DNA of 64,000 bases from Rhizobacter sp. (GTDB lineage: Bacteria; Pseudomonadota; Gammaproteobacteria; Burkholderiales; Burkholderiaceae_C): positions 1,007 through 65,006 of the forward strand of contig JADMJX010000078.1 in the NCBI GenBank assembly GCA_018780185.1, in the 5' to 3' direction. Both the position numbers and the translations under genes were made by a program. The notes beneath the pieces are model-generated. The model was not told where the DNA came from. It did no database searches and was given only the letters and a program-made list of their open reading frames with translations. Positions 29,469-40,161 of this stretch are shown here, in pieces (the first letter of the stretch is position 1; each line of letters begins with the position of its first letter).

Positions 29469-30503
29469 ATGGAGTTCTTCAGAATCCGACGCGACATCCC
29501 GTTCATGCGGCATGCGCTGGTGTTCAACATCATCTCGCTGGTCACCTTCTTGGTGGCGGTGTTCTTCCTGGTGACGCGCGGGCTGCACCTGTCGATCGAG
29601 TTCACCGGCGGCACGCTGATCGAGGCCCACTACGCCCAGGCGGCCAACATTGCCAAGGTGCGCACGACCGTCGAGGCCATGCAGGTGGGCGAAGTGCAGG
29701 TGCAGTCATTCGGCAGCACCAGCAACGTGCTGATCCGCCTGCCGGTGCGTGGCGACGGCAAGCATGGCGACGTGGTCGACCGCGTGTTCGGCGAGTTGTG
29801 CAAGGCCGAGAGCGGCACGGTCACGCGCAAGCAGGTCAAGACCGACAAGGGCGAACTGATCGACAAGCCGGTGTGTGAAGCCGGTGGCGCCGAGCCGGTG
29901 GCCCTGCAGCGCAGCGAGTTCGTCGGGCCGCAGGTCGGCCGCGAGCTGGCCGAAGACGGCGCCAAGGCGCTCGCCTTTGTGATCATCGGCATCATGATTT
30001 ACCTGGCGTTTCGCTTCGAGTGGAAGTTCTCGGTGGCCGCCATCGTCGCCAACCTGCACGACGTGATCATCATCCTGGGCTTCTTTGCCTACTTTCAATG
30101 GGAGTTTTCGCTCTCGGTGCTGGCGGCGGTGCTGGCCGTGCTGGGCTACTCGGTGAATGAATCGGTGGTGATCTTCGACCGGATCCGTGAAGCATTCCGC
30201 AGGTACCGCAAGATGAACACCCACGAGGTGATCGACCACGCCATCACCAGCACGATGAGCCGCACGATCATCACGCACGGCAGCACGCAGATGATGGTGT
30301 TGTCGATGCTGATCTTCGGCGGGCCGACACTGCATTACTTCGCCATCGCGCTCACCATCGGCATCTTGTTCGGCATCTATTCGTCGGTTTTTGTGGCGGC
30401 GGCCATTGCGATGTGGCTGGGTGTCAAGCGCGAAGACCTGGTCAAGGGCGGGCCGGCCAAGGACGTCGATCCGAACGACCCGAACGCCGGGGCGGTGGTG
30501 TAG
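29469..30503 (+). CDS. secF: Protein translocase subunit SecF
   Basis: MEFFRIRRDIPFMRHALVFN..., IEFTGGT, C-terminal 6-TM region; 344 aa. Confidence 0.95.
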   Translation: MEFFRIRRDIPFMRHALVFNIISLVTFLVAVFFLVTRGLHLSIEFTGGTLIEAHYAQAANIAKVRTTVEAMQVGEVQVQSFGSTSNVLIRLPVRGDGKHGDVVDRVFGELCKAESGTVTRKQVKTDKGELIDKPVCEAGGAEPVALQRSEFVGPQVGRELAEDGAKALAFVIIGIMIYLAFRFEWKFSVAAIVANLHDVIIILGFFAYFQWEFSLSVLAAVLAVLGYSVNESVVIFDRIREAFRRYRKMNTHEVIDHAITSTMSRTIITHGSTQMMVLSMLIFGGPTLHYFAIALTIGILFGIYSSVFVAAAIAMWLGVKREDLVKGGPAKDVDPNDPNAGAVV

Positions 30504-30545
30504 AGTAAGGGCATCCCCTTCCAGAGAGCATCGACCAACCGTCCC

Positions 30546-32858
30546 ATGGCGACCGCCGCCGATTCGTTGGCCCTGGCCGCCCAGGCTCGCCGCTCCTACG
30601 TGGAGCGTTTGTTGAGTGGCGTGCCGAGCGTGGTTCATGCGGTGGAAGACGGTGCGAGGCTGCTGGCCACCCAATCGGCCGAACACAGCCTCCAGTACAA
30701 GCGGCGCGATGTCGCCACCGACCTGCGCAAGGCCGCTCCGACCTGGACCAACGGCATCATCTCGGCGCTGCGTGGCGCGCTGGTGAGCGGCATGGTGTCG
30801 GCCTCGCGGCCGGGTGATCTGCCTCCGCCGGGGCGCACCAGTCCTGGCATGTCGCTGGTCGACGACGACACCATCGAAACCGAAATTCTGAGCTCGCGCT
30901 TGGCGCTGGCCATGATGGACCGTGCGTCCTGGGAGTTCACCGATCTGCGCTCGCGCATGTCGGCGCTCGAGAAGCGCGACGAGCTCGACACCAACGATGT
31001 GCTGCGCCCTCATGTGCTGGCGCGCATCGTCACCAGCACCTGGCGCAGCGCGACGCTCACCCAGGATGCGTGGCGCACGCTGCAGGCGGTGTTGCACGAA
31101 GAGTTCGCGCACTTCGCCGAAGAGGCGTATCACGAGACCAACCGCTGGTTGATCCAACAGAAGGTGCTGCCCGAGATCGACCTGCGCCCGTTCATCCGGC
31201 GCACGCGCAATTCCTATGTCGTGCCCGCCTCCGGTGGAGGAACAAGCGGCGCGCCGGGGCCGGCGTCAGGCACGCCCAGCAGCTTCGCTCGCTTGGGCAC
31301 GGTTGGCGAAGAAACTCGCATGATGACGCGCGCTGGTGGTTTTGCGCGCGGCTCCGACCATGCAGAAGCAGTGCTTGGCCGCCTCAACAAACTCATCGGC
31401 CGGCAGGTGCCCGACTTCGCCGGGACGGCGCCCATGCAAGCGGCGTCAGTGGGGCTGAAGGCGGCGATCAACGAGGCCCAGCAAGGCATTCAGCGGCGCT
31501 TGTCCAGCACCACGAGTGGTGGCGTGGTCAGCGGTGCACGGGCCGGCGAAGAGCAGGTCAGCACACCGGCCTTGCTCGAAGAACTGCACCAGCGCAAGCA
31601 AGCGCTGAAGAAGGCCGCCACCACGCCGGTGGAGCGCGCCACGATCGAGATCGTCGCCCTGCTGTTCCAGAGCATCCTGATGGAAGAGCGCATTCCTGCC
31701 GTAGTGCGGGTCTGGTTTGCACGCCTGCAAATGCCGGTGCTGCGGGTGGCGGTCAGCGAGCCTGATTTTTTTGCCACGGTGGACCACCCGGCCCGCCGAC
31801 TGATCGACCGCATGGGTGCCTGTGTGATGGGTTTCGACGCGACCAGCCGCGCTGTCGCCGACACGCTGGAAAAAGAAATCAAGCGCGTGGTCCAGGTGGT
31901 CGAGGCCTACCCCGACACCGGGCGCCGCGTGTTCCAGACCGTGCTCACCGAGTTCGAGAAGTTCCTGGAGCACTATTTCAAGAACGAAAACGAGATGACA
32001 CGCAAAGGTGTGTCGCTCGCCCAGCAGGTGGAGCAGCGCGAGACGCTGGCGATCCAGTACACCATCGAGCTGCGCAAGATGCTCAACGAGGTGCCTGTGC
32101 AAGAAGGGGTGCGTGAGTTCCTCTTTCACGTCTGGGCCGATGTGATGGCCATGACGGCGGTGAAGTACGGCGCCCAGGGTGTTGAAACCAAGGCGATGAA
32201 ACGTGTGGCCGCCGACTTGATCTGGTCGGCCAGTGCGAAGGTGTCTCGCGAAGAACGGGCCGAGGTGATCCGCCGCCTGCCGCCGCTGCTCAAGACCCTG
32301 CGCGAGGGCATGGACCACGCCGGCATCTCCGCCGACAAACAAGACGAACACATCCAGAAGCTCAACAACTCCCTGGCGGCGGCGTTCACCGCCAAGACGG
32401 CTGCCATCGCGCCCGAGCGGCTTGAAGAGTTGATGGGCCGGCTCGAAACGCTGGAAGAACTGTTACCCGACAACACCGACGACCTGGAGATCGACGAGTC
32501 GCTGGTGCTAGACCTGTCGGGTCATGAAAGCTCTGAGCTCGAAGTGGTGGGCGAGGGCGGCTCCATGCCCACACCAGCGATGCTGGCCTGGGCGCGCGAG
32601 CTTCAGGTTGGTGGCTGGTACATGCTCGACTACCGCAACCGCAACGAAGCAGTGCAACTGGTCTGGCAGGGCATGCGTCGGCAACTGACCCTGTTTGTCT
32701 CGCCGCATGGGCGCGGCATCCTGTTCCAGCAAAACCGACTGGCAGCGTTTCTCCAGGCCGGGCTGTTGGTGCCGGCACAAGACGAGTCGCTGACCGTGCG
32801 TGCCACACGCAGTGCTTTGGCCAAACTGGACGTGGACCCCACACGCTTGCTCAACTGA
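30546..32858 (+). CDS. Large conserved hypothetical protein, DUF1631-like
   Basis: 770 aa, soluble, alpha-helical; overall layout and C-terminal W-rich segment (GGWYMLDYRNRNEAVQLVWQG...LFV) resemble DUF1631 from memory; needs an HMM check. Confidence 0.6.
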   Translation: MATAADSLALAAQARRSYVERLLSGVPSVVHAVEDGARLLATQSAEHSLQYKRRDVATDLRKAAPTWTNGIISALRGALVSGMVSASRPGDLPPPGRTSPGMSLVDDDTIETEILSSRLALAMMDRASWEFTDLRSRMSALEKRDELDTNDVLRPHVLARIVTSTWRSATLTQDAWRTLQAVLHEEFAHFAEEAYHETNRWLIQQKVLPEIDLRPFIRRTRNSYVVPASGGGTSGAPGPASGTPSSFARLGTVGEETRMMTRAGGFARGSDHAEAVLGRLNKLIGRQVPDFAGTAPMQAASVGLKAAINEAQQGIQRRLSSTTSGGVVSGARAGEEQVSTPALLEELHQRKQALKKAATTPVERATIEIVALLFQSILMEERIPAVVRVWFARLQMPVLRVAVSEPDFFATVDHPARRLIDRMGACVMGFDATSRAVADTLEKEIKRVVQVVEAYPDTGRRVFQTVLTEFEKFLEHYFKNENEMTRKGVSLAQQVEQRETLAIQYTIELRKMLNEVPVQEGVREFLFHVWADVMAMTAVKYGAQGVETKAMKRVAADLIWSASAKVSREERAEVIRRLPPLLKTLREGMDHAGISADKQDEHIQKLNNSLAAAFTAKTAAIAPERLEELMGRLETLEELLPDNTDDLEIDESLVLDLSGHESSELEVVGEGGSMPTPAMLAWARELQVGGWYMLDYRNRNEAVQLVWQGMRRQLTLFVSPHGRGILFQQNRLAAFLQAGLLVPAQDESLTVRATRSALAKLDVDPTRLLN

Positions 32859-32880
32859 CGCTCGTGCCCGTTGGGCAACA

Positions 32881-32910
32881 AAAAAGCCGCCTTCGGGGCG
32901 GCTTTTGTTT
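32881..32910. terminator. Bidirectional rho-independent terminator (DUF1631-like gene / smg)
   Basis: AAAAGCCGCC-TTCGG-GGCGGCTTTT, 10-bp stem with flanking A and T tracts between convergent genes. Confidence 0.75.
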
Positions 32911-32925
32911 GGGTGATCTTGCGGA

Positions 32926-33378
32926 TCAGTGAATCAGCCGATCCTCTTCGTCGACAAAGAGCTCGTCGAGGATCAGTGCGTCGGGCTCTTCGCCCAGGCT
33001 CCAGAACACCATGAGCACGATGATCTTCAGGTCTTCCAAATCGACCGGCCCGCCGGGAATGGCGGTTGCGCGGTCGATGACCATTTCGCGCATCGGAGGA
33101 GGCAACACACCGGCCGATTCGAGAAAGCTCACGAAGCCGATCGAGTGCTCGCCCAGGTGCTCTTGCTCGGCAGGGGAATAGACCCGCAGGCTGTCAGGAC
33201 TTTGCTCGCCGGAATACGACTGCGCTGCGGTCGCCAAGCCGTCCAGCCAAGAGAGGGCCTCCTCGATCTCGTCTGACTCGAAGCCCATGGCCGACAGCTT
33301 GCGTGTGAGCTGCGCATGGTCGGGGCACGCATCGGGCCGCCAGTAGTTTTCGTACAAGTAGACGAGCACGTCAAACAT
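32926..33378 (-). CDS. smg: Smg protein (DUF494)
   Basis: MFDVLVYLYENYWRPDACPD... is the canonical Smg N-terminus, at an internal ATG of ORF 32926-33738; downstream of dprA. Confidence 0.88.
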   Translation of the reverse strand: MFDVLVYLYENYWRPDACPDHAQLTRKLSAMGFESDEIEEALSWLDGLATAAQSYSGEQSPDSLRVYSPAEQEHLGEHSIGFVSFLESAGVLPPPMREMVIDRATAIPGGPVDLEDLKIIVLMVFWSLGEEPDALILDELFVDEEDRLIH

Positions 33379-33466
33379 GGATTCACTATACCCCAGGGTC
33401 GCTTTGTAGGGCCTGGAATAAATGCCCTTCGGGGGCGTGCGGGCTACCCGGGCCGAAGTTCCGCAG

Positions 33467-34573
33467 TCAGCCTGTACTAACGCGCTGGAAGAGTTGCCCT
33501 GGCAGTCGTGCCACCTGCCCCTCCATTTCAAGCTCAAGCAAGCGGGTGTTGAGCAGGGCCGCGGGCCAACCGGTGCGGGCGACCAAGGCGTCCAGAGTGA
33601 CCGGGTCGAACCCCAAGGCTTGCAACAGCGGATCGTTGCTTTCCTCATCTGGGGGTGGCTTGGCCGAGTCTGGCGAAGGTGGCCGAAACGATGGCAACTC
33701 TTCGAGCACGTCCTGCCCGGTTTCCACAAGCTTGGCACCTTGCTTGATCAGCGCATGACAGCCACGCGATTGGGGCGAATGGATCGAGCCGGGAATGGCG
33801 AAGACGTCGCGCCCTGCTTCACTGGCCAGGCGTGCCGTGATCAGTGAGCCGGATTGCAGCGCGGCTTCGACCACCAGGGTGCCGCGTGTCAGGCCAGCGA
33901 TGATGCGGTTGCGCATCGGGAAATTGGGTGGCAGGGGCGGCGTGCCAAGCGAGTACTCGCTGAGCATCAGACCTTCAGCGCTGATGCGATGTGCCAGCTC
34001 CAAATGGCGCCGGGGGTAGACACGGTCCAGGCCGGTGCCGATCACCGCGATGGTTCGGCCCGCACCCGACAAACCACCTTCATGGGCGGCTCCGTCGATG
34101 CCGAGCGCCAGTCCGGACACGATCGTCAGCCCCGCCTGGCTCAGGTGAGCCGAAAAGGCGCGGGCGTTTTCGCGGCCCTGGGGCGTGGGGTTGCGGCTGC
34201 CGACCACGGCCACACTCTGAGCATGCAGCAGGCTGGCATTGCCCTGCAGGTACAGCAGCAGTGGTGGGTCGGCGGTCTCCAGCAGCAGGGAAGGGTAGCT
34301 GGGGTCGCCCAGTGTCAGTACCTGCCGAGGTGCGTCATCGGTGGCAGTTGCGAGCCAGCTCACGGTGGTGTCGACCAGAGCCGCCACGGCATCTGGCTCT
34401 TGGGCCAGCACCGTGGCCGCGGTGGCAGAGACGACCTCCTTGCGAGCGGCGATGGGTGCAGCGAGCACGGCCTGCGGTGACCCAAACGCCGCCAACAACT
34501 TGCGAGCGGACTCACGCCCGACTTGCGGCGTTTCGATGAGCCGCAGCCAAGCGGCGAGTTCGTCGCGATCCAT
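33467..34573 (-). CDS. dprA: DNA-processing protein DprA (Smf)
   Basis: 368 aa with VVGSRNPTPQG, SGLALGIDGAAHEG and C-terminal wHTH; conserved dprA-smg pairing. Confidence 0.93.
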   Translation of the reverse strand: MDRDELAAWLRLIETPQVGRESARKLLAAFGSPQAVLAAPIAARKEVVSATAATVLAQEPDAVAALVDTTVSWLATATDDAPRQVLTLGDPSYPSLLLETADPPLLLYLQGNASLLHAQSVAVVGSRNPTPQGRENARAFSAHLSQAGLTIVSGLALGIDGAAHEGGLSGAGRTIAVIGTGLDRVYPRRHLELAHRISAEGLMLSEYSLGTPPLPPNFPMRNRIIAGLTRGTLVVEAALQSGSLITARLASEAGRDVFAIPGSIHSPQSRGCHALIKQGAKLVETGQDVLEELPSFRPPSPDSAKPPPDEESNDPLLQALGFDPVTLDALVARTGWPAALLNTRLLELEMEGQVARLPGQLFQRVSTG

Positions 34574-34611
34574 CGTGGACCGAGCGCCGCTGTGGCGCTC
34601 GCTCGCCAGAC

Positions 34612-35763
34612 TCAGGGCTGGGTGAAACGATCGCCCGGGGTCACCGGTTCCTTGACCGTAAGGATCAGCGCGTACGACATGCGGTTGAAGACCCGGAAGA
34701 CGAAGAGGTGGCCATGGCGCTCGTCGGGCAGCTTGATGCGGGTGCGCTCATTGTTGGTTCGGTCGACGATCCGATCCCCGGCGCGCCACAAAGCGAGCAC
34801 GTGCCCACTTTCCAGGCCGTCGCGACTCCCCTTGTTCAAGGCCACGATCTGGTTCTGACCAGCGGTGAGGCCATCGCCGTAGATCGAGACGATCTGGCCG
34901 GCGATGTCTTTTTCGGGTGGGCGTGGCACGTAGTTGATGAACTCACGCGGCGGCACCGGCGAGAGTCGGTCACCGACGCGGATCTCCTGGCGAACGCTGG
35001 TCACCGTGAAGGTGTCGGGCACGATTTCGCCTTGGACGGTGCCGCCCTGGCGGGTGTATTCGGCCACACCGAGGTACTCGGCTTCGTAGCCCAGCACTTC
35101 TCCGGTTCCTGGGTCTTTCAGCGCGCGGGGCTCACGGAAGACGCGGTAGTTGCGGTTGGTGCCCAGCTCTCCGCGCACATAGGCGAGGTCGCCGCGAGAC
35201 AGCAGCACACGGCCTTCTTGAGCGCCCACCACGCGGGGTGCAGTTGCCAGCTGATTCGTCTCGAAGATCACCGCTTCGTTGAGGAAGGGCTCGATCAAGT
35301 GCAAGGCAATGGGCGGAAGGCCTTGACGGCCGAGTTCACTGCTGCGGATACGAGGTGACAGGCGGCCGGAGCCTCCTTGGTCGCCGTCACCAACCCGCAA
35401 CGTGGCGCGGCCGTCGGTCTTGATCAGATAGAGGGTCTGCCCGGGATAGATCAGGTGCGGGTTGCGGATCTGCTCCAGGTTCATGCCCCACAGCTCGGGC
35501 CAACGCCACGGGCTCTTGAGGAACATGCTCGAGATGTCCCACAGCGTGTCGCCTGACTTGACGGTGTAGGCGTCGGGGGCGTTTTCCGCCAGTTCGGACA
35601 GCGGCACACCCGCTGCGGCCACTTGCTTGGCCGTGCTGCGCTGCTTCTGGGTGATGGGGAAGTTGGGTTCGGCCGCCATGGCGGCGCCGAGGCCAAGGCC
35701 GAGCGCCACAGTGATCGCAGAAGCCCGGAAAAATGACAGGGCAGGACGGGTGCTTCGGGTCAT
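34612..35763 (-). CDS. LysM domain-containing exported protein
   Basis: ATG 35763 gives a signal peptide; LysM motif YTVKSGDTLWDISSMFLKSPWRWPELW...IYPGQTLYL. Confidence 0.85.
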   Translation of the reverse strand: MTRSTRPALSFFRASAITVALGLGLGAAMAAEPNFPITQKQRSTAKQVAAAGVPLSELAENAPDAYTVKSGDTLWDISSMFLKSPWRWPELWGMNLEQIRNPHLIYPGQTLYLIKTDGRATLRVGDGDQGGSGRLSPRIRSSELGRQGLPPIALHLIEPFLNEAVIFETNQLATAPRVVGAQEGRVLLSRGDLAYVRGELGTNRNYRVFREPRALKDPGTGEVLGYEAEYLGVAEYTRQGGTVQGEIVPDTFTVTSVRQEIRVGDRLSPVPPREFINYVPRPPEKDIAGQIVSIYGDGLTAGQNQIVALNKGSRDGLESGHVLALWRAGDRIVDRTNNERTRIKLPDERHGHLFVFRVFNRMSYALILTVKEPVTPGDRFTQP

Positions 35764-35992
35764 GAAGGTGAGTCTCCGGGCGCGCAGACAGCACAATGCT
35801 GGGCTGTGCGGTTTACTGAGCCGGCTGCAGCAAGCTGCCCGCAGTTCGGCGAAAATCTTCATTCAGTTTCGCAGATTCTGCCTCTAAACCCTTGATATCG
35901 CAACGAAAGTCACCCGCCGATACCTTTGTTGTGTTGCCTGTCACGGCGGCCGGCGTTGCGTGCCGCCCACAGGCCCCTCAAACCTGATTTCC

Positions 35993-36505
35993 ATGTCCAA
36001 GCTCACCATCCTCCGTTACCCCGACCCCCGCCTGCACACCGTCGCCAAGCCGGTGGCCCAGGTTGACGCGCGCATCCGCCAGCTGGTCGATGACATGCTT
36101 GACACCATGTACGCCGCCGACGGCGTGGGCTTGGCCGCCACCCAGGTCGACGTGCACGAACGGGTGATCGTGATCGACACCTCGGACTCGCGCAACGACC
36201 CCCATGTGCTGATCAACCCCGAACTGGTGGCCAAAAGCGTGGAAATGAGCCTGGGTGACGAAGGCTGCCTGTCGGTCCCCACCATTTATGACAAGGTGCC
36301 GCGGCATTCCCGTGTCACGGTGCGCGCGCTCAACCGGGCCGGGGAAAGTTACGAATTCGAGGCCGAAGGGCTGTTGTCGGTTTGTGTGCAGCACGAGATG
36401 GATCATCTGGTGGGCAAGGTGTTTGTCGAGTACCTGAGCTCGCTGAAGCGCGACCGCATCAAGGTCAAGATGCTGAAGAAGGCCCGCGACGAGCAGCGCC
36501 CATGA
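35993..36505 (+). CDS. def: Peptide deformylase
   Basis: [14 protein letters not shown] start; motifs [20 protein letters not shown]. Confidence 0.96.
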   Translation: MSKLTILRYPDPRLHTVAKPVAQVDARIRQLVDDMLDTMYAADGVGLAATQVDVHERVIVIDTSDSRNDPHVLINPELVAKSVEMSLGDEGCLSVPTIYDKVPRHSRVTVRALNRAGESYEFEAEGLLSVCVQHEMDHLVGKVFVEYLSSLKRDRIKVKMLKKARDEQRP

Positions 36506-37452
36506 AAGTGGCGTTTGCGGGCACGCCGGAGTTCGCCGAGGTGGCGCTGGCGCGCCTGCATGCTGCCGGGTTCGAAATCCCGCTGGTGCTGACCCAGCCC
36601 GACCGCCCGGCCGGGCGTGGGATGAAGCTGAACCCGTCGCCGGTGAAGGCGTTTGCCCTGGCGCACGGCATTCCGGTGGTGCAGCCGCGCAGCCTGCGGC
36701 TGGATGGCAAGTACCCCGACGATGCCGCCCAAGCCCGGGAGGCCTTGCTCGCCGCACACATTGATGTGATGGTGGTCGCGGCCTACGGGCTGATCCTGCC
36801 GCAATGGGTGCTCGACCTGCCGCCGCGCGGCTGCCTGAACATCCACGGGTCGCTGCTGCCACGCTGGCGTGGCGCAGCGCCCATTCACCGGGCGATCGAG
36901 GCCGGTGACGATCGTACGGGCATCACCATCATGCAAATGGATGCTGGGCTGGACACGGGCGACATGCTGCTGGTCGAAGCCATCGACATCGCGTCCGACG
37001 ACACGACGGCCCGCCTGCATGACCGCCTGGCCACGTTGGGTGGGCGCCTGATTGTCGAAGCGCTGGAACTGGCCGCCTGTGGGGGCCTGAAGCGCACGCC
37101 ACAGCCCGCCGAGGGCGTGACCTACGCGCACAAGATCGACAAGGCCGAGGCGGCTGTCGACTGGTCTTTACCTGCCGCAACGATTGAGCGACGCATCCGC
37201 GCCTTCGACCCCTTCCCCGGCGTCACGGCGCAACTCGACGGCGAAGCGATCAAGCTGTGGCGCGCCCAGGTCGTACCGGCAACGGGCGAACCCGGGACGG
37301 TGTTGGCGGTCACTGACGAAGGCGTGACGGTCGCTTGTGGCGAGGCTGCATTGAAGGTCACCGACCTGCAGCGCCCCGGCGGCAAGCGCCAGCCAGCGCG
37401 GCAATTTCTCCAAAGCAAGCCGCTGAAGCCGGGCCACACATTCAGCCGTTGA
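36502..37452 (+). CDS. fmt: Methionyl-tRNA formyltransferase
   Basis: ATG overlaps the def stop (ATGA); [26 protein letters not shown]. Confidence 0.96.
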   Translation: MKVAFAGTPEFAEVALARLHAAGFEIPLVLTQPDRPAGRGMKLNPSPVKAFALAHGIPVVQPRSLRLDGKYPDDAAQAREALLAAHIDVMVVAAYGLILPQWVLDLPPRGCLNIHGSLLPRWRGAAPIHRAIEAGDDRTGITIMQMDAGLDTGDMLLVEAIDIASDDTTARLHDRLATLGGRLIVEALELAACGGLKRTPQPAEGVTYAHKIDKAEAAVDWSLPAATIERRIRAFDPFPGVTAQLDGEAIKLWRAQVVPATGEPGTVLAVTDEGVTVACGEAALKVTDLQRPGGKRQPARQFLQSKPLKPGHTFSR

Positions 37453-37508
37453 ACTCCAACGGCCTGGCCGCATCTGATGCGGGTCAAGCACTCAAGGAGT
37501 CTGTTTCC

Positions 37509-38348
37509 ATGTTCAATCTGTTGAAGACCGCCGTTCTGATGGCCGCCATCACGGCGCTGTTCATGGCCATTGGCGCCTTCATCGGTGGGCGCTCGGGCAT
37601 GATGATCGCGCTCGCGGTGGCCTTGGGCATGAACTTCTTCAGCTATTGGTTTTCCGACAAGCTGGTGCTCAAGATGTACAACGCGCAAGAGGTCGACGCG
37701 ACCAGCGCGCCGCAGTTCTACCGCATGGTGCAAGAGCTGGCGCAGCGCGCCCAGCTGCCGATGCCGCGTGTCTACCTGATCAACGAAGACGCGCCGAACG
37801 CCTTTGCCACCGGGCGCAACCCCGAGCACGCCGCGGTGGCGGCCACCACCGGCATCCTGCGCGCCCTGAGCGAGCGTGAGTTGCGCGGCGTGATGGCGCA
37901 CGAGCTGGCGCACGTGAAGCACCGCGACATCCTGATCAGCACGGTGAGCGCCACCATGGCCGGTGCGATCTCGATGCTGGCCAACTTCGCCATGCTCTTC
38001 GGCGGGCGCGACAGCGAAGGCCGCTCGCACAACCCGATCGTCGGTCTGCTGGTGATGATCCTCGCGCCCTTGGCCGCGAGCCTGATCCAGATGGCCATCA
38101 GCCGGGCGCGCGAATTCGAGGCTGACCGCGGCGGTGCCGAGATCTCCGGCGACCCGCAGGCCCTGGCCAGTGCTCTGCAGAAGATCCAGCGTTACGCCAA
38201 GGGCATGCCGATGCAAGCCGCCGAGCACCACCCCGAAACGGCGCAGATGATGATCATCAACCCGCTGTCGGCCGGTGGCCTGCGTGGCCTGTTCTCGACC
38301 CACCCTTCGACCGAAGAGCGGGTGGAGCGCCTGCTGGCCATGGCCTGA
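37509..38348 (+). CDS. htpX: Zinc metalloprotease HtpX
   Basis: AAGGAG SD; [12 protein letters not shown] start; HELAHV zinc motif; 279 aa membrane protease. Confidence 0.94.
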   Translation: MFNLLKTAVLMAAITALFMAIGAFIGGRSGMMIALAVALGMNFFSYWFSDKLVLKMYNAQEVDATSAPQFYRMVQELAQRAQLPMPRVYLINEDAPNAFATGRNPEHAAVAATTGILRALSERELRGVMAHELAHVKHRDILISTVSATMAGAISMLANFAMLFGGRDSEGRSHNPIVGLLVMILAPLAASLIQMAISRAREFEADRGGAEISGDPQALASALQKIQRYAKGMPMQAAEHHPETAQMMIINPLSAGGLRGLFSTHPSTEERVERLLAMA

Positions 38349-38356
38349 AGTCGCCC

Positions 38357-38384
38357 AAAAAGCGGGGAGAACACCCCGCTTTTG
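38357..38384 (+). terminator. Rho-independent terminator after htpX
   Basis: AAAAAGCGGGG-AGAACA-CCCCGCTTTT. Confidence 0.75.
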
Positions 38385-38442
38385 CGCGCCACCGACGGGC
38401 CGGGTTTGCGCAGAATGAACCCCGAACTCCGCCCTGCCCGTC

Positions 38443-38853
38443 ATGCGACACACCGCCCTCATCTCCCTCCTGCTGGCCGCGACCGCGCTGTCGGGTTGCG
38501 ACCTGTTCGGCGACTCGGCTGAAAAGCTCGCCGCCGCCAAGGAAGCCGAAGGCAAGGCCATCGGTGGCGCCTGCCGCCACGCCGGCCGCGCCATCGAAGA
38601 CTGCTATGTGCTCAACAAGAAGGCCGACAAGGCCTCGGTGTTTGCCGGCTGGCGCGACATGAACGACTACATGCGCGAGAACAAGATCGAGGCCGTGCCG
38701 CCGCAAGCGGTCGCCGCCAAGGGCGAGCCCAAGTCGGCCGAGCCCAAGGGCGAAGCCAAAGCGGTGCTGACCGAACCCGCGGCCGTGGACGGTGTGGAGA
38801 AGAAACCCGCCAAGGCAGGCAAGCCGCGCGAGCCCAAGAGCCAGGACTCCTGA
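38443..38853 (+). CDS. Hypothetical lipoprotein (Lys/Ala/Pro-rich C-terminus)
   Basis: Lipobox ATALSGC after MRHTALISLLLA; 136 aa. Confidence 0.65.
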   Translation: MRHTALISLLLAATALSGCDLFGDSAEKLAAAKEAEGKAIGGACRHAGRAIEDCYVLNKKADKASVFAGWRDMNDYMRENKIEAVPPQAVAAKGEPKSAEPKGEAKAVLTEPAAVDGVEKKPAKAGKPREPKSQDS

Positions 38854-38945
38854 GCCTTCATTGCGCCGGCGGCCGGCGAACCCGGGTTCGCAGCGCGGTC
38901 ACCCGCCCCGGCTGTTTTGACGGCCTGGAGAGAGAATTCCCCTCA

Positions 38946-39725
38946 ATGCACTCACTCCACCACACCCTGCACCACGCGCAGTTCCGCGCTGGCGTTCGCG
39001 ACATGAGCTCGGTCAGCCTGGGCATCGCGGCCTGGGGTTTGGTGACCGGCGTGGCCATGGTCAAGGGCGGCCTGTCGATCCCGCTCGCGCTGTTGATGAC
39101 CTTCACGGTGTTTGCCGGCAGCGCACAGCTGGCGGCCATCCCGCTGATGACGGTGGGTGCGCCGGTGTGGGTGATCTGGGCCACGGCCGCCTGCATCAAC
39201 CTGCGCTTCGTGATCTTCAGTGCGCAATGGCGCCCCTATTTCATGCGCTACCCGCTGCGCCAGCGGCTGGTGTTGACCTACCTGAGCGGTGACCTGACCT
39301 ACGTGCTCTTCATGAAGCGCTTTCCCGAAGCACGCGACGACGAAGGCCAGGTCGAGTACTTCATGGGGGCGGCGGCGGCCAACTGGTTCAGCTGGCAGGT
39401 GCCGGCTGTGCTGGGCATCGTGTTGGCCGACGTCGTGCCTACGCATTGGGGCCTCGGCTTTGCCGGTGTGCTGGCTTTGCTCGGCCTCACCTACTCGCTG
39501 GTCTCCGACCGCGCCACGGCGCTGGCGGCGGCGGTGGCCGGCGCAGCGGCGGTGGCCGCGTTTGCCCTGCCTTTCCGGCTGCACATCGTGGTCGCCATTG
39601 CGGCCGCAGTGTGCATCGGCTTGATGATGGACGGCGGCGGCGACGCCGGCCGTCGCCTGCGCCAGGCGCTGGGCCGCGCCAAGCCGCAGCCTGCCGATGC
39701 AGCCGTCGACAGGGCGTCTGCATGA
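38946..39725 (+). CDS. azlC: Branched-chain amino acid exporter subunit AzlC family
   Basis: 259-aa membrane protein with TFTVFAGSAQLAAIPLM, AzlC-like; followed by an overlapping azlD-like gene. Confidence 0.82.
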   Translation: MHSLHHTLHHAQFRAGVRDMSSVSLGIAAWGLVTGVAMVKGGLSIPLALLMTFTVFAGSAQLAAIPLMTVGAPVWVIWATAACINLRFVIFSAQWRPYFMRYPLRQRLVLTYLSGDLTYVLFMKRFPEARDDEGQVEYFMGAAAANWFSWQVPAVLGIVLADVVPTHWGLGFAGVLALLGLTYSLVSDRATALAAAVAGAAAVAAFALPFRLHIVVAIAAAVCIGLMMDGGGDAGRRLRQALGRAKPQPADAAVDRASA

Positions 39726-40051
39726 ACAGCCTCGACGCCTTCATCACCATCGTCGGCCTGACGGTCATCACCGTCGTCACCCGAGGCTTCTTCCTCATCT
39801 CCGAGCGCGAGCTGGTCTTGCCCGACTGGGTCAAGCGCGGCCTGCGCTACGCGCCACTCGCTGCCTTGGCGGCGGTGGTGGTGCCCGAGGTCGTGATGTC
39901 ACAAGGGCAGCTCATCGACACCTGGCGAGACGCGCGGCTTTACGCGGTCGTGGTGGCGACCGCGTATTTCTTCTGGCGCGGCGGCATTCTCGGCACCATC
40001 GTCAGCGGCATGCTGGTGCTGATCCCCCTCAAGCTGGGCCTGGGTTGGTGA
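39722..40051 (+). CDS. azlD: AzlD family membrane protein
   Basis: ATG overlaps the azlC stop (ATGA); 109 aa, FITIVGLTVITVVTRGFFL is typical of AzlD. Confidence 0.8.
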   Translation: MNSLDAFITIVGLTVITVVTRGFFLISERELVLPDWVKRGLRYAPLAALAAVVVPEVVMSQGQLIDTWRDARLYAVVVATAYFFWRGGILGTIVSGMLVLIPLKLGLGW

Positions 40052-40161
40052 TGTGAGTGGGGGCGCCGGTGGTGTCCAATATCTGAGTCAGCGGCCTGTA
40101 ACCCGCGTGTAATTCGAGGGGGCTGGCCGTCCCTAGAATCCCCACTCACTCTTCGCACACC

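Noticed and set aside
40053-40150. A 10-bp inverted repeat (GTGAGTGGGG ... CCCCACTCAC) bracketing 78 nt upstream of pgk.
   Set aside because: A rough estimate for 64 kb of GC-rich DNA is that several 10-bp inverted repeats within 100 nt arise by chance. The enclosed sequence shows no further supporting structure or coding signal.
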